A DNA stretch of 64,000 nucleotides from positions 160,001-224,000 of the forward strand of contig CBDEFO010000007.1 of the NCBI GenBank assembly GCA_965237525.1. The letters are read 5' to 3'. This document shows, piece after piece, positions 39,354-50,246 of this stretch; position 1 is the stretch's first letter; every line of letters begins with the position of its first letter. The position numbers and the translations under genes are program-made. The stretch is from Candidatus Latescibacterota bacterium. Lineage in GTDB: Bacteria; Latescibacterota; CBDEFO01. The notes under the pieces were generated by a model. It made no database searches and had not been told where the DNA came from. It worked only from the letters and a program-made list of their open reading frames with translations.

Positions 39354-40418
39354 ATGCTCAAAACACTTGAAAAGTACAGCAAAAATATTCTGCAGAGCAT
39401 CACCGAAGGGATAGTTGCGTTCGGTTCGGACAGGACAGTCCTTGCTGCTAACAGATGTTTTCTGGAGATGCTGAAAAAGACAAAAAAGGGGGTTTTAGGG
39501 CAATGCTACACAACCGTCTTTGAGGGAGTGCCTGATCTTATAAACGTTTTACATGATGCTTTCAAAAAGGCTCTATTCTCAGAAGACCGCGATATAGACT
39601 ACCCCTTGCACAACGGAACTAGCAGACTCTTGAGGGTTACTACGTCTCCCTTAAAGGACGAAGAAGACTCCGTCCTGGGGATAGTTATGATCCTCAAGGA
39701 CATATCAGTTCTCAAGAGTGCCCAGCACTCGATGTTGCAGATAGAAAAGATGAACGCCTTGGGCAGGCTTGCAGTATCCATCGCGCACGAAATCAGGAAT
39801 CCCCTAAGCGCCATCAACATTCAACTGCAGCTTTTGGAGGAGGACTTAGAACAAGAGGGTCCCTCGTTAAGAGAGAAGATTTACGATCGAACGGGAATAG
39901 CCCAGGTTGAGATGAGAAGGCTGGACAATATCCTGAACAACTTCTTGCGCTTTTCCCGTCCCCCACAGTTGAAGCTTTCCTGTGTTAACCTTAACGATAC
40001 GGTAGGATACGTGATAACCTTGGTGACGCCTGAGGCGAACGAAAGAGAGATTAAGCTTGAGGCACAGCTTGAGAAAGGACTTCCCAATATAGAGGGAGAC
40101 GAAGATCAACTTAGCCAGGCACTTTTGAATATAGTCATAAACTCCTTTCAGGCTATAGATGGCAAGGGTCATATCTCTATTAAAACAAAGTCCGCTTCCG
40201 GGGAGATTTTACTGGAAGTGTCCGACGACGGATGCGGGCTTCACCAGAAGGAACTTCCTAACATCTTTGAATTCTACTACACGACAAAAGATGAAGGCAC
40301 AGGATTGGGGTTGTCCATAGCACAGAGGGCTATCCATCAGCATCAAGGTACAATCGCGGTAAAGAGCAGACACGGGTCCGGGACAACCGTTGTGATCGCT
40401 ATTCCAGCCAGGTCATAG
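39354..40418 (+). CDS. PAS sensor histidine kinase
   Basis: ILQSITEG PAS, AHEIRNPL, DDGCG and YYTTKDEGTGLGL. Confidence 0.93.
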   Translation: MLKTLEKYSKNILQSITEGIVAFGSDRTVLAANRCFLEMLKKTKKGVLGQCYTTVFEGVPDLINVLHDAFKKALFSEDRDIDYPLHNGTSRLLRVTTSPLKDEEDSVLGIVMILKDISVLKSAQHSMLQIEKMNALGRLAVSIAHEIRNPLSAINIQLQLLEEDLEQEGPSLREKIYDRTGIAQVEMRRLDNILNNFLRFSRPPQLKLSCVNLNDTVGYVITLVTPEANEREIKLEAQLEKGLPNIEGDEDQLSQALLNIVINSFQAIDGKGHISIKTKSASGEILLEVSDDGCGLHQKELPNIFEFYYTTKDEGTGLGLSIAQRAIHQHQGTIAVKSRHGSGTTVVIAIPARS

Positions 40419-40421
40419 AAG

Positions 40422-41792
40422 ATGGAATCTGGAGTGGAAATACCTAACGTTAAGATATTGGTCGCGGACGACGAGTTCAACATATCCAGTGGACTGAAAG
40501 AGGTGCTTCAGAAGAGCGGATACCTGGTCGATGTGGCATCTGATGGAAACAGGAGCGCCGAACTGGTCGAAAAGGAGCTATACAACCTGGCCATCGTAGA
40601 CCTCAAAATGCCAGGCCCTGGAGGGCTTGAAATCTTAAGGCGCATAAGAGAAAAGAGTCCGGACACCATAGTGATAATTATCACAGCCTACGGGACTGTC
40701 TCCACAGCCGTAGATGCTATCAAAAGCGGAGCCTATGACTATATCACCAAGCCTATGGATATTAAGCGTTTAAGGCTTATCGTTGATCATGCCCTGGAGC
40801 ATCAGGCCCTCATCGCGGAGAATAAGGAGTTGCGCTCGCGTCTTGAAGGTGACGATTCCCTGGGCACCATCGTCGCCAGGAGCCAGGGGATGAGGAAAGT
40901 AACCGACATTGTAAAACAGGTCGCTTTAAGTGATGTGCCTGTCCTGCTTCAGGGTGAAACGGGGACGGGGAAGGAACTTGTAGCTCGCTCGATCCATCAA
41001 AGAAGCCAGCACCGCGAGGGACCTTTCATCGCCCTAAACTGTGGAGCCGTTCCGGACAATCTCTTTGAAAGTGAGCTTTTCGGGCATACAAAAGGGGCGT
41101 TTACTGGAGCCCACGCCGACAGACCCGGCAGGTTCCATATGGCTCAGGGCGGCACCCTCTTTCTGGATGAAATAACTGAAATTCCCCTTCAAAACCAGGT
41201 GGACCTTTTGAGGGTGCTTGAAGAGAAGGAGTTTCAAGCTGTGGGAGGAACGGATACTATCAAGTCCGCTGTAAGGATTATCTCTGCGACCAACAGAGAT
41301 CTTCAAAAGGCAGTGGAGGATGGATCTTTCAGAGAAGACCTTTACTACCGCCTCAACGTTGTCCCCATAGAGCTCCCTCCTCTCCGAGATAGAAAGGAGG
41401 ACATACCTGTCCTTATCGAATCCTTTTTGGAGCAGTTCTGTCACATACATAGACAGAGATCCAGACGTATCTGTGCCGATGCGATGAGAGCCCTTATCGA
41501 CTACCGGTGGCCCGGAAATGTCCGTGAGCTTAAGAACACTGTCGAAAGGATAGTCGTAACGTCTTCAGAGCAGGAGATAAAGCCCGAACATCTCCCTCTG
41601 CAGATACAATCGGCACGTGAACCTTCCCATTCCTTCACGGTGGGATTAGGCATCTCTATCCAGGAGATGGAAAAAAGACTCATCCGCGAGACGCTCACCC
41701 ACGTCAGTTCCAACCGCAAGCAGGCCGCATCTGCGCTCGGAATCAGCCTGCGCACACTCCAGTACAAACTTAAAGAGTACAAGCTCCTTTAG
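40422..41792 (+). CDS. Sigma-54-dependent NtrC-family response regulator
   Basis: Receiver domain, [31 protein letters not shown] and a Fis-type HTH. Confidence 0.96.
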   Translation: MESGVEIPNVKILVADDEFNISSGLKEVLQKSGYLVDVASDGNRSAELVEKELYNLAIVDLKMPGPGGLEILRRIREKSPDTIVIIITAYGTVSTAVDAIKSGAYDYITKPMDIKRLRLIVDHALEHQALIAENKELRSRLEGDDSLGTIVARSQGMRKVTDIVKQVALSDVPVLLQGETGTGKELVARSIHQRSQHREGPFIALNCGAVPDNLFESELFGHTKGAFTGAHADRPGRFHMAQGGTLFLDEITEIPLQNQVDLLRVLEEKEFQAVGGTDTIKSAVRIISATNRDLQKAVEDGSFREDLYYRLNVVPIELPPLRDRKEDIPVLIESFLEQFCHIHRQRSRRICADAMRALIDYRWPGNVRELKNTVERIVVTSSEQEIKPEHLPLQIQSAREPSHSFTVGLGISIQEMEKRLIRETLTHVSSNRKQAASALGISLRTLQYKLKEYKLL

Positions 41793-41911
41793 ATAGCGTA
41801 ATCTTCTAATTCCCCTATTTCTTGGTTCTTCAAGAAAGTTCTTCGATGCTTTTTGAGACCTTTATGCTTTCAGCTATCTGATCAAGGATCATGCATCCAT
41901 AACTTGTCGGT

Positions 41912-43456
41912 ATGGCATCCAACCGTTCTCACAAATCATCCGCGGCAGCCCAAGGCACCTTCTGGAATCACCTTTTTGCTCCAGTTGATATCGCCTCCCT
42001 CGTTTACTTCCGTATCGCCTTTGGTGTGATCATGCTCTGGGAGGTGTATCGCTACTTCGATCATGGCTGGATCCATCGCTACTTCATTGACCCGACCTTT
42101 TACTTCAAGTACTATGGTTTTGAATGGATACGACCGTTGCCTGGCCACGGCATGTATCTGCACTTCTTAGTCCTCGCTGCACTCGCCATCTGTATCGTCC
42201 TCGGCCTGTGGTACCGTATCAGTGCCACACTCTTTTTCGTAGGATTCACCTACGTCTTCCTGTTAGATCAGGCGAACTATCTAAACCATTTTTATCTGAT
42301 TAGCCTAATCAGCCTGCTGCTGATCTTCGTGCCTGCGCATCCCTCTCTCTCGATCGATTCGGCTCGACGCCCAAAGATCCATTCTAACACCGCACCGGCA
42401 TGGACGCTGTGGCTGCTTCAAGCGCAGATCGGTATCGCTTATTTCTACGGTGGTCTGGCGAAGGTGAACGATGATTGGGTACATGGTGAGCCGATGCGGA
42501 TGTGGCTGGCTGCGCGCACTAGCTTTCCCATAATCGGCCCGCACTTCACCGAGGAATGGATGGTCTACCTATTCAGCTACGGTGGTCTGCTACTCGATCT
42601 ATTGATTGTCCCTTTGCTTCTATGGCAGCGAACACGCGTCTTTGGATTCGCTGCAGCTGTTGCGTTTCACCTGCTAAATGCAAAGCTCTTCAAGATAGGA
42701 ATCTTCCCATGGTTCATGATTGCCGCAACAGCGCTGTTCTTCTCTCCGGACTGGCCGCGTCTCGGCGGTCGGTGGTGGACGGTCAAAAAGCGTGAAGAAC
42801 GTCAGCCGACTGGTACGGCCTTCCTGAGTTCTGGACAGCGCGCCACAGTCGTACTGCTGGGGATCTATCTTGCACTACAACTCCTGGTGCCGCTGCGCCA
42901 CTTCCAATATCCTGGGAATGTGGGCTGGACGGAGGAGGGACACCGCTTTGCATGGCACATGAAGCTGCGCACCAAGAAAGTTAAGGCAAGGTTCTTTGCA
43001 ACCGACCCGGTGAATCATACGACCTGGGAGGTCAATCCAAAGAATTACCTGACTCGTCGGCAGCGGAAGAAGATGCCTAAACGACCAGATATGATCCTGC
43101 AGTTCTGCCGCTACATTGCCAGTGAACTGCGCAAGGAGGGCTACGATCAGATCGAGGTTCGAGCGAGGGTCTTGGCATCTCTAAACGGGCGCAAACACCA
43201 GTTACTAATCGATCCAACGGTTAATCTGGCTTCGAAACCGCGCACGCTGATGTCAGAACCATGGATCGTGCCCCTGATAGAACTACTACCAAACGCAAGA
43301 ATAGGACCGAAAGAGCGACAGAAAGTGTGGGAGAACCATCAGTTTGGAATGAGAGCCTCGAAGACAAGGCTGAACCCGGACGAGCCGCGAAGTATCTTTG
43401 GAGCGATTTTCAGATATTCTCAGAAAATACAAACTTTCCGAATCACTGTGGGTTGA
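41912..43456 (+). CDS. HTTM-domain protein, vitamin K-dependent gamma-carboxylase-like
   Basis: YLNHFYL, YFYGGLAKVNDDW, FKIGIFPW, WTEEGHRFAWHMKLR and SLNGR...IDP. Confidence 0.9.
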   Translation: MASNRSHKSSAAAQGTFWNHLFAPVDIASLVYFRIAFGVIMLWEVYRYFDHGWIHRYFIDPTFYFKYYGFEWIRPLPGHGMYLHFLVLAALAICIVLGLWYRISATLFFVGFTYVFLLDQANYLNHFYLISLISLLLIFVPAHPSLSIDSARRPKIHSNTAPAWTLWLLQAQIGIAYFYGGLAKVNDDWVHGEPMRMWLAARTSFPIIGPHFTEEWMVYLFSYGGLLLDLLIVPLLLWQRTRVFGFAAAVAFHLLNAKLFKIGIFPWFMIAATALFFSPDWPRLGGRWWTVKKREERQPTGTAFLSSGQRATVVLLGIYLALQLLVPLRHFQYPGNVGWTEEGHRFAWHMKLRTKKVKARFFATDPVNHTTWEVNPKNYLTRRQRKKMPKRPDMILQFCRYIASELRKEGYDQIEVRARVLASLNGRKHQLLIDPTVNLASKPRTLMSEPWIVPLIELLPNARIGPKERQKVWENHQFGMRASKTRLNPDEPRSIFGAIFRYSQKIQTFRITVG

Positions 43457-43709
43457 GAGGTTTTCCTTGAAACGTAACAATTTTCTTTGTTGGTTGTATC
43501 AAATGTTCAGTTTCCATAAAGCCATCCACGTATAAGATTGTCAATATTTGTAGATCCTAAAGGGGGTTCAACCTTTTTTAAATTTTCCACAAAGCGTGAT
43601 TGTAGTCACAGACAGGAAGTTTGTCCAGCATTATCTTTGGTTATGATTTCCACAACACACTTTTATAGTTGGTGAATACGCCTGTCTACCGGGGAGGTGT
43701 GATCAACCT

Positions 43710-44732
43710 ATGGGCAAATTTGCCCTTATTCTGGTGGCGAGCTTTACGTTTGTGTTTGCCACCGTAAAAAATGACCTTAATAAGATCAGCGAAGACGTAG
43801 TTGACACCTTTGCGGATCACTATGAACAGGTTGCAACTCGCGTCACGGCTGCAAGCGCAGCCAACATAGCCTTAGGGGAGCTTACGAACGACGATACGTT
43901 TACAGGGGAAGGCTACAGCAACATAAGTCTAAATGCTGGCACCTTCAGTATCGGCGTGGCAGATTCGACTGTTGTGGTGACCCTATCCTCCAACCAGAAC
44001 CTGATAACTGCCACAGCAATCACAGTAGGTGATACCTCCTCCAGTTCCGTTACTGCTGATAAAAAGAGCATTTTACCTGTAATCTCGGCATCAGTTAGTG
44101 TAAATGCAAGCATTGCAGGATTTTTTGACGACGATGAGGATGGAGATGGAGACGGAGATGATGACGACGAGGAAAGTGTCGATTTTCCTGGGATCAATTT
44201 TGCAAGTTCTTCTGATAGTTCGGCTTTAATTCTGAAAGGCAACGCCGAGGTTAACGGTTCTGCTTCAATGGCTGTTGTCGCCAGCTTCCCCGATCTCGAA
44301 GAACTTATGGACAAAATTAAAGATCTTGAGTTTTATGACGAATATTTGACCGACACCAGCATCAGTGGGTTTAAGAGGTACGGGAGTATGCCCAGCGATC
44401 CCGAGATCACATATCTTGAACCGAGTGACGGTAGTGTAAGCCTGTCAGGCAATGTCGAAGGAGCGGGTCTTCTGATCGTGGATGCTGAGGAATTGGATCT
44501 GTCCGGCCAATTCAGTTGGGAGGGTGTGGTAATGATAGTCGGCGAAAATGTTGATGTCAAAATGTCTGGACAGTCATATATACCTAGAGCGTTTATGCTG
44601 GAAGCTGATTCAGCGACGATAAAGATTAGCGGCAATGCCCAGATCATGTACGACGAAGAGGCGATTACTAATACGAAGAATAATCTTCCAAGGAAATACT
44701 ACTACGCTGTAAATAGTTGGAGAGAACATTAA
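43710..44732 (+). CDS. PilX-like membrane-anchored acidic protein with a beta-helix-like C-terminus
   Basis: MGKFALILV N-terminus, AASAANIALGEL, GAGLLIV/SGQFSWEGVV/ISGNAQIMYD, an acidic insert and the ending VNSWRE. Confidence 0.55.
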   Translation: MGKFALILVASFTFVFATVKNDLNKISEDVVDTFADHYEQVATRVTAASAANIALGELTNDDTFTGEGYSNISLNAGTFSIGVADSTVVVTLSSNQNLITATAITVGDTSSSSVTADKKSILPVISASVSVNASIAGFFDDDEDGDGDGDDDDEESVDFPGINFASSSDSSALILKGNAEVNGSASMAVVASFPDLEELMDKIKDLEFYDEYLTDTSISGFKRYGSMPSDPEITYLEPSDGSVSLSGNVEGAGLLIVDAEELDLSGQFSWEGVVMIVGENVDVKMSGQSYIPRAFMLEADSATIKISGNAQIMYDEEAITNTKNNLPRKYYYAVNSWREH

Positions 44733-45015
44733 ACAGGTGTAGGTAGGCAGTATAGAAGCGCTCCTTGAAAATCACAAGACGTTTTCTCTTTCCCAGAAGA
44801 CTTTAGTAAAAGTAGAATCAGCAATTCACTTTGCTTCCTGGGAAACTCAAACACTGCTCGTAAACTTCTATTTTTTAACTTGCTTGGCGAGTCACTTCCC
44901 TAGTGCAACTTTTGCATTAGTCCCCCATCCTCACTGAGGATCCCCTTTTACACGAAATCTATTAACTCTAGATAATACCTTGTTTTAACATGACTTATGC
45001 CAATTCTACTTTTAT

Positions 45016-45031
45016 TGGCATTATATTTGCT
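45016..45031 (+). promoter_or_regulatory. Sigma-54 promoter upstream of the transglycosylase gene
   Basis: TGGCATTATATTTGCT (GG-N10-GC), with a TGCAA-N3-TTGCA palindrome about 100 bp upstream. Confidence 0.65.
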
Positions 45032-45142
45032 AGCTTAAAAGGGACGAAAGGGCAAATCTTCACTTGAAGTCGATGTAATAAAACTCTAAAGGTCCTTTAT
45101 ATGAACCGCGTCTAATTTATAGCATCTCCGGTTATCGTCTAT

Positions 45143-45895
45143 ATGCTGTCGTTTGGGGATATGACTTCCAGTCCAAATCCGTCGGAAAGCTGGATAGACA
45201 TTTCTCTGATGGATGACTACACCGAATCCCCGATTTACTTGGAATCAGAGAGGACCAATCCTCTATCAGATACCGTTGGGACAGCAGATCTGGCTATCTC
45301 ACGATACGACTCCCTGATCAAGAAATATTCAGATCAGCACGGTTTCGACTGGCTGCTTATTGCCGCCTTGATCTGGGAGGAGTCCCGGTTTGATCCAAAA
45401 GCCATCAGCCGCTCCAGGGCCAAGGGGCTGATGCAGATTATGCCACAGACTGCGCAAGAGTTGAAGTTAGTCAAGATATACGATCCTGAATCCAATATCT
45501 GTGCGGGTGTTAAATACTTTAAAAGGCAGTGTGAACTCTTCCGACAGGAGGAGGGGATAGAGCTTGTACGCTTTGCTTTAGCGAGTTATCACAGTGGGTT
45601 TGGCCGCGTGGTGGATGCTCAGAAGATAGCCCGGCACATCGGTCTTCCGACGGACAGTTGGGAATCTTTGAGAAAGACGCTCCCTATGCTCGACAGGAAA
45701 CAGAGTCAACTACATCGGCGCATCTGGGCCAAACCCAGGCCGAGACACGGGTTCTACCGGGGTGCCAGAAGGACTATCGCCTACGTAGAATTAGTTGAGA
45801 AAAAATATATGGAATATCAAAAGTTAGCTGGTCTGGATGTTCAGGACCGGGAATTGGCTGCAATCTATCAACGCTCAAAGGAGGATTTGTATTAA
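45143..45895 (+). CDS. Lytic transglycosylase (SLT, MltF-like); start uncertain
   Basis: EESRFDPKA, AKGLMQIMP and ALASYHSG. Confidence 0.9.
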   Translation: MLSFGDMTSSPNPSESWIDISLMDDYTESPIYLESERTNPLSDTVGTADLAISRYDSLIKKYSDQHGFDWLLIAALIWEESRFDPKAISRSRAKGLMQIMPQTAQELKLVKIYDPESNICAGVKYFKRQCELFRQEEGIELVRFALASYHSGFGRVVDAQKIARHIGLPTDSWESLRKTLPMLDRKQSQLHRRIWAKPRPRHGFYRGARRTIAYVELVEKKYMEYQKLAGLDVQDRELAAIYQRSKEDLY

Positions 45896-46070
45896 ACTGT
45901 TCATGTGAAAGCAAGTGCAACGCTTGCACAAATTGTAGTGATCACTATAAATTACATATCCTGCTAATTCTTCTGAATTTAACTCTCTTTTTAACCGTAA
46001 TATGCGCTGCAACACCGATGTTACATGCAATAGTTGCACTTATTCTTTAAGTGGGTCGGAGAATTAGGAC

Positions 46071-46535
46071 ATGGACTTGCCGAATCATATCTTCGATACT
46101 GATCTGCTTGTTCCGAAACTGAGATCGTCTGATAAGATTGGAGCTATCAAAGAACTCGTTGATGTGATGTATAAAGCAAATTACGTGAAAGATAGCCTGG
46201 GATTTCTGCAGTCGGTGCTGGAAAGGGAGGACATCGAAAGCACAGTAGTGGATGACGGTGTGGCGTTTCCTCACGCAAGAAGCAGGTGTGTCGAAAAGCT
46301 CGGCGTAGCTGTGGGGATATCCCGCAAAGGGGTGGATTTCCGTCCGGAGCAGGACGATGCACCAGTCCATCTTATCTGCCTTTTTGCTGTTCCTCCGTCA
46401 GTTTCCGGTTCGTATCTGTCTCTGCTATCTTCGCTGTCCAAGGTTCTGGAGGATAATAGGCTAAAGCATAACCTTGCCGAATGCCATTCAGCCAATGAGA
46501 TATATGAATTGTTCTTTCAGAGGATGAACGGTTAA
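46071..46535 (+). CDS. PTS EIIA (fructose/Ntr type)
   Basis: LERE...GVAFPHAR and GVDF. Confidence 0.92.
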   Translation: MDLPNHIFDTDLLVPKLRSSDKIGAIKELVDVMYKANYVKDSLGFLQSVLEREDIESTVVDDGVAFPHARSRCVEKLGVAVGISRKGVDFRPEQDDAPVHLICLFAVPPSVSGSYLSLLSSLSKVLEDNRLKHNLAECHSANEIYELFFQRMNG

Positions 46536-46667
46536 TCAGAATTATTAATATCTTTTGCAACGGATAATCTACTTTTTTACCCAATAAGTTCATCGAACCA
46601 CCTCGTGGTCTGATGTTGACTTTTGAGGGTGCCCTTAGCTTAACACAGGAGGTCCATTTTGGGTCAT

Positions 46668-47504
46668 ATGTTAAAAGATGTCTTTGACGACAATCAGGTT
46701 TCCCTGAAGACATATTTTTCAGAGATAGTGGACTCGCAGCCTCTGTCCCTGGAGGAAGAGATGCAATTAGCTCAGCGAATAAAGAATGGAGACGAAAAAG
46801 CGCGGAACAAACTCGTAGAGGCGAATCTGCGTTTTGTAGTTGATACAGCCAAAGAATACAGAAACAGAAGCCTTCCACTTTCAGAGTTGATCAGCGCTGG
46901 GAACATGGGTTTGATGATTGCAGCTGAAAGATACGATGGAACTAAAGGATATAAGTTTATCTCCTACGCCGTATGGTGGATACGTCAGGCTATATTGCAG
47001 GCTCTTTCTCAAGATTCCAGGATGGTGCGGATCCCGCCCAACAGGATGAGTTTGCTTAGAAACATCTCCAGGACATCCCGAGCTCTCGAGCAGGAAATGG
47101 AGGGAGATCCGGGTGTGGAGGACATAGCAAAAGAGTTGGGAATATCGGCGGATTCGGTGGAGACAACCTTGCAGATGGGATGGGACGTAAAATCCCTGGA
47201 CGAGCCGTTCTTGGACGACGATGAACACAGTCTGCACGATCTGCTGCCGGATATGGCTCAGACGCTGCCGGACACCTCGGTGATGGAAAAATCTTCGACC
47301 GAGCAGATAGAGTTGGTGCTTTCCGAGTTGAAGGAGCGAGAGGTGCAGGTTCTCAGGCTGTACTTTGGCCTGGATGGAAACGATCCGCTCACCTTGGAGG
47401 AGGTCGGTGAAAGGATCAATTTAACTCGCGAAAGAGTGCGCCAGATAAAGGAAACAGCCCTGCGCAAACTGCGCCATCCAAAGCGCCGCGCTATGCTCAC
47501 TTGA
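46668..47504 (+). CDS. RpoD/SigA-family sigma factor lacking region 1.1
   Basis: ANLRFVV, KFISYAVWWIRQAI and TRERVRQIKETALRKLR. Confidence 0.93.
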   Translation: MLKDVFDDNQVSLKTYFSEIVDSQPLSLEEEMQLAQRIKNGDEKARNKLVEANLRFVVDTAKEYRNRSLPLSELISAGNMGLMIAAERYDGTKGYKFISYAVWWIRQAILQALSQDSRMVRIPPNRMSLLRNISRTSRALEQEMEGDPGVEDIAKELGISADSVETTLQMGWDVKSLDEPFLDDDEHSLHDLLPDMAQTLPDTSVMEKSSTEQIELVLSELKEREVQVLRLYFGLDGNDPLTLEEVGERINLTRERVRQIKETALRKLRHPKRRAMLT

Positions 47505-47730
47505 TCTGTTAGTGGCTTGCCATCTGTATTAAGTCCCTTACCACATCTATCGACGCATTTCTGTTCAGACTTTGTCTGGAATTCTTAAGTGCTCTTGATC
47601 GGCCATTAACTGGGCGATGAGTCTGTCCACGTTTGCGGCTATCTTCTGATGCCCTTCCAATTGCAGCCTGTGCTGTTTGAGCTCTTTTTTCTCTGTGATC
47701 GTATCTTCCTCTCCTAGTCTTCAGGAATAA

Positions 47731-47768
47731 CTAAAAGCCGCAGGGTCAAGTAACCGTGCGGCTTTTAG
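47731..47768. terminator. Terminator-like hairpin
   Basis: CTAAAAGCCGCA...TGCGGCTTTTAG. Confidence 0.65.
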
Positions 47769-47999
47769 TGTGCTCTATAATCTTTATCGGTTTTTCTGAG
47801 GGGTCCCCTCTGGAATTTGCTACGGAGAGGCATCCCACAGTTATTACGTTTTCAATAGGTGTTGATGTGCAGAATCTATAGTCATTTTCTTACTATTTCT
47901 CAAACATATCGAACTTGAGAGAAATGTCTCTGGTCAAAAAATTCTCATGTCTGTTCCTTTACAGTGATCTTATAGGGAAAATCTGAAGCTTTCACGACA

Positions 48000-48028
48000 T
48001 TGACACCTGTGGATATTTTTATTATATT
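48000..48028 (+). promoter_or_regulatory. Sigma-70 promoter for gatCA
   Basis: TTGACA-17-TATATT. Confidence 0.65.
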
Positions 48029-48074
48029 TTTGAGTGTGTTCAAGTAGCTTTGGACTTTAGAATCGGGGAAAAGG

Positions 48075-48437
48075 ATGCAGGATAAATCCGTAGATTTAGA
48101 TATCGTGGAGAAGATGGCTCAGCTTGCTTATTTAGAGCTGAGCCAAGAAGATAAGGGGGATTTCCCCAGGGAGCTTGCGAGCGTACTGGAGAATATCCAC
48201 TTTCTTATGACTGTGGATGTCACAGGGGTTGAGGCTACTTATCAGGTGCTCCCTTTAAGGTTTCTGTCCGTTTCAAGGAAGCAGGATAAGGCTACAAAAT
48301 CTCTCACGGCGGATGAAAGGAAGATAATATTTGAGAATGCTCCTGATAAAAGGGACTACTACGACGCGGACGATCGTGAGAAAGCTGAACCAACGGTGTA
48401 TTTTACTATGCCAAAGCTTATGCAGGATCACGGATAG
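48075..48437 (+). CDS. gatC: Asp/Glu-tRNA amidotransferase subunit C
   Basis: VEKMAQLAYLEL, VDVTGVEAT, NAP...YFTMPK, and position directly before gatA. Confidence 0.85.
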   Translation: MQDKSVDLDIVEKMAQLAYLELSQEDKGDFPRELASVLENIHFLMTVDVTGVEATYQVLPLRFLSVSRKQDKATKSLTADERKIIFENAPDKRDYYDADDREKAEPTVYFTMPKLMQDHG

Positions 48438-48443
48438 CCCGAA

Positions 48444-49961
48444 ATGGCAGATATGAATCTTACGATACACGAACTCCACGAAACGCTTATAAGTGGGGAA
48501 GCCTCGTCCGTAGAGCTTACGAGAGGTCTGATAGATAACATAAGGCGCCTTGATCCAGATCTAAACTCTTTTATAACTGTGACGGAGGAAGAGGCGTTAA
48601 GCTCGGCAGAGGATGCAGACAGAAGGATAAAGGCTGGAGATGATGTCGATCCCCTTTTGGGTATTCCTTATGCAGTGAAGGATATAATATGCACCAAGGG
48701 CATAAGGACAACGTGTGCCTCGAAGATCTTGGAGGACTTTGTGCCCCCCTATGACGCGACGGTCATAAAAAGGCTCAAATCTTTGGGAGCAGTGTTGCTG
48801 GGAAAGACAAATCTGGATGAGTTTGCTATGGGGTCATCTACGGAAACGTCTTTTTACGGTACGACCCATAATCCATGGGATGTGTCTTTCAGCCCGGGAG
48901 GGTCGAGCGGAGGGTCTGCTGCTGCGGTGGCTGCCAATGAGTGTGTCTTTTCGCTGGGGACGGATACTGGAGGATCGATTCGGCTTCCGGCGAGCTTTTG
49001 CGGTGTGGTGGGATTGAGACCTACCTACGGGAGGGTTTCTCGCTACGGACTGGTTCATTTTTCTTCTTCGATGGACGCTATCGGGCCAATAACCAAGGAC
49101 GTGGAGGACTGCGCCCTTGTTATGAATGCTATATCTGGATGGGATCGCGTAGACGTGACATGCGCAAGATTAGATGTACCCGATTATATACAGCTTATTA
49201 AAGCTCCCAGGAAGAAGCTGACCGTTGGAATCTCGGACGATTTCCTCGATTTCCAGATAGGAAACAGGATAGTAGAGGTAGATGTTAATATAAGAGAAAC
49301 TTTTCTTTCTCTTGTGGAAAGACTTAGAGATTATGCCCAGTTTGAAAGTGTGAATGTGGAGAAACATAAGCTCGAGTATCTGGGCTATACTATTCCTACA
49401 TATCAGCTATTGTGTAGCTCGGAGGCAAGCTCGAATCTGGCAAGGTACGACGGGACGATTTACGGTCACAGATCATACGGAAGTTACACGGATCCTGTGG
49501 AGATGATGATAAAAACCAGGGGAGAGGGATTCGGCAAAGAGGTGAAAAGGAGGATAATGATAGGGACTTACTATTTGAGTGCGGGATTTCAGGATGAGTA
49601 TTTCACAAGGGCTCAAAAGGTCAGGACTCTCATAAGGCGGGATCTGGAAAAAGTCCTGTCCCGATGTGATGTTTTAGTGGCTCCGACAACAGCACAGGAG
49701 GCGTTCAAGATAGGCTCTCTTTCCGACGATCCTGTCAAAATGCATCTAACGGATATATGTGTAGCTCCTGCGGGGTTAGCGGGGATTCCGTCCATAACAG
49801 TACCTGGCGGATTTTCCAACGGCCTTCCTATCGGATTTCAGATAATGGGCAACCAGTTCGATGAGGGAACAGTTATGCAGGTGGCGTATGCGATAGAGCA
49901 AGTCGTAAGGGAGAAGGAAGACATAGAGAGCCACTTTGCAGAAAAGGTGGATGGTGTTTAG
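48444..49961 (+). CDS. gatA: Asp/Glu-tRNA amidotransferase subunit A
   Basis: [38 protein letters not shown] and [10 protein letters not shown]. Confidence 0.96.
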   Translation: MADMNLTIHELHETLISGEASSVELTRGLIDNIRRLDPDLNSFITVTEEEALSSAEDADRRIKAGDDVDPLLGIPYAVKDIICTKGIRTTCASKILEDFVPPYDATVIKRLKSLGAVLLGKTNLDEFAMGSSTETSFYGTTHNPWDVSFSPGGSSGGSAAAVAANECVFSLGTDTGGSIRLPASFCGVVGLRPTYGRVSRYGLVHFSSSMDAIGPITKDVEDCALVMNAISGWDRVDVTCARLDVPDYIQLIKAPRKKLTVGISDDFLDFQIGNRIVEVDVNIRETFLSLVERLRDYAQFESVNVEKHKLEYLGYTIPTYQLLCSSEASSNLARYDGTIYGHRSYGSYTDPVEMMIKTRGEGFGKEVKRRIMIGTYYLSAGFQDEYFTRAQKVRTLIRRDLEKVLSRCDVLVAPTTAQEAFKIGSLSDDPVKMHLTDICVAPAGLAGIPSITVPGGFSNGLPIGFQIMGNQFDEGTVMQVAYAIEQVVREKEDIESHFAEKVDGV

Positions 49962-50002
49962 ATTTTAGTTGTGGGAAAAGTCGAAATGACCTATCTTTAA
50001 AC

Positions 50003-50031
50003 TTGACAAAGACTTAATTTCGATTTATTAT
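50003..50031 (+). promoter_or_regulatory. Sigma-70 promoter for the polysaccharide locus
   Basis: TTGACA-17-TATTAT. Confidence 0.6.
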
Positions 50032-50246
50032 ATGCCACGTACAGAGCAATCTTTCCTGTATGTCTTTACTGATAAAAAGTGCGATGAAAGTAGATAAAAT
50101 TAAGATTAGCACAAATCTATTTTAATGACAATGTGACCAAGGTCACTGAACAAAAGTTTAAATAATATGATCTTTAGACATAATCGGGTATCACCGTAAA
50201 ATGATCAGTTTGCTCACGCGACTGTGAGTGCATCAGGTTAGGAGCA

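Noticed and set aside
48075..49961. gatCA without gatB, and larA without larBCE
   Set aside because: Dispersed arrangements are common, and the partners may lie outside the window.
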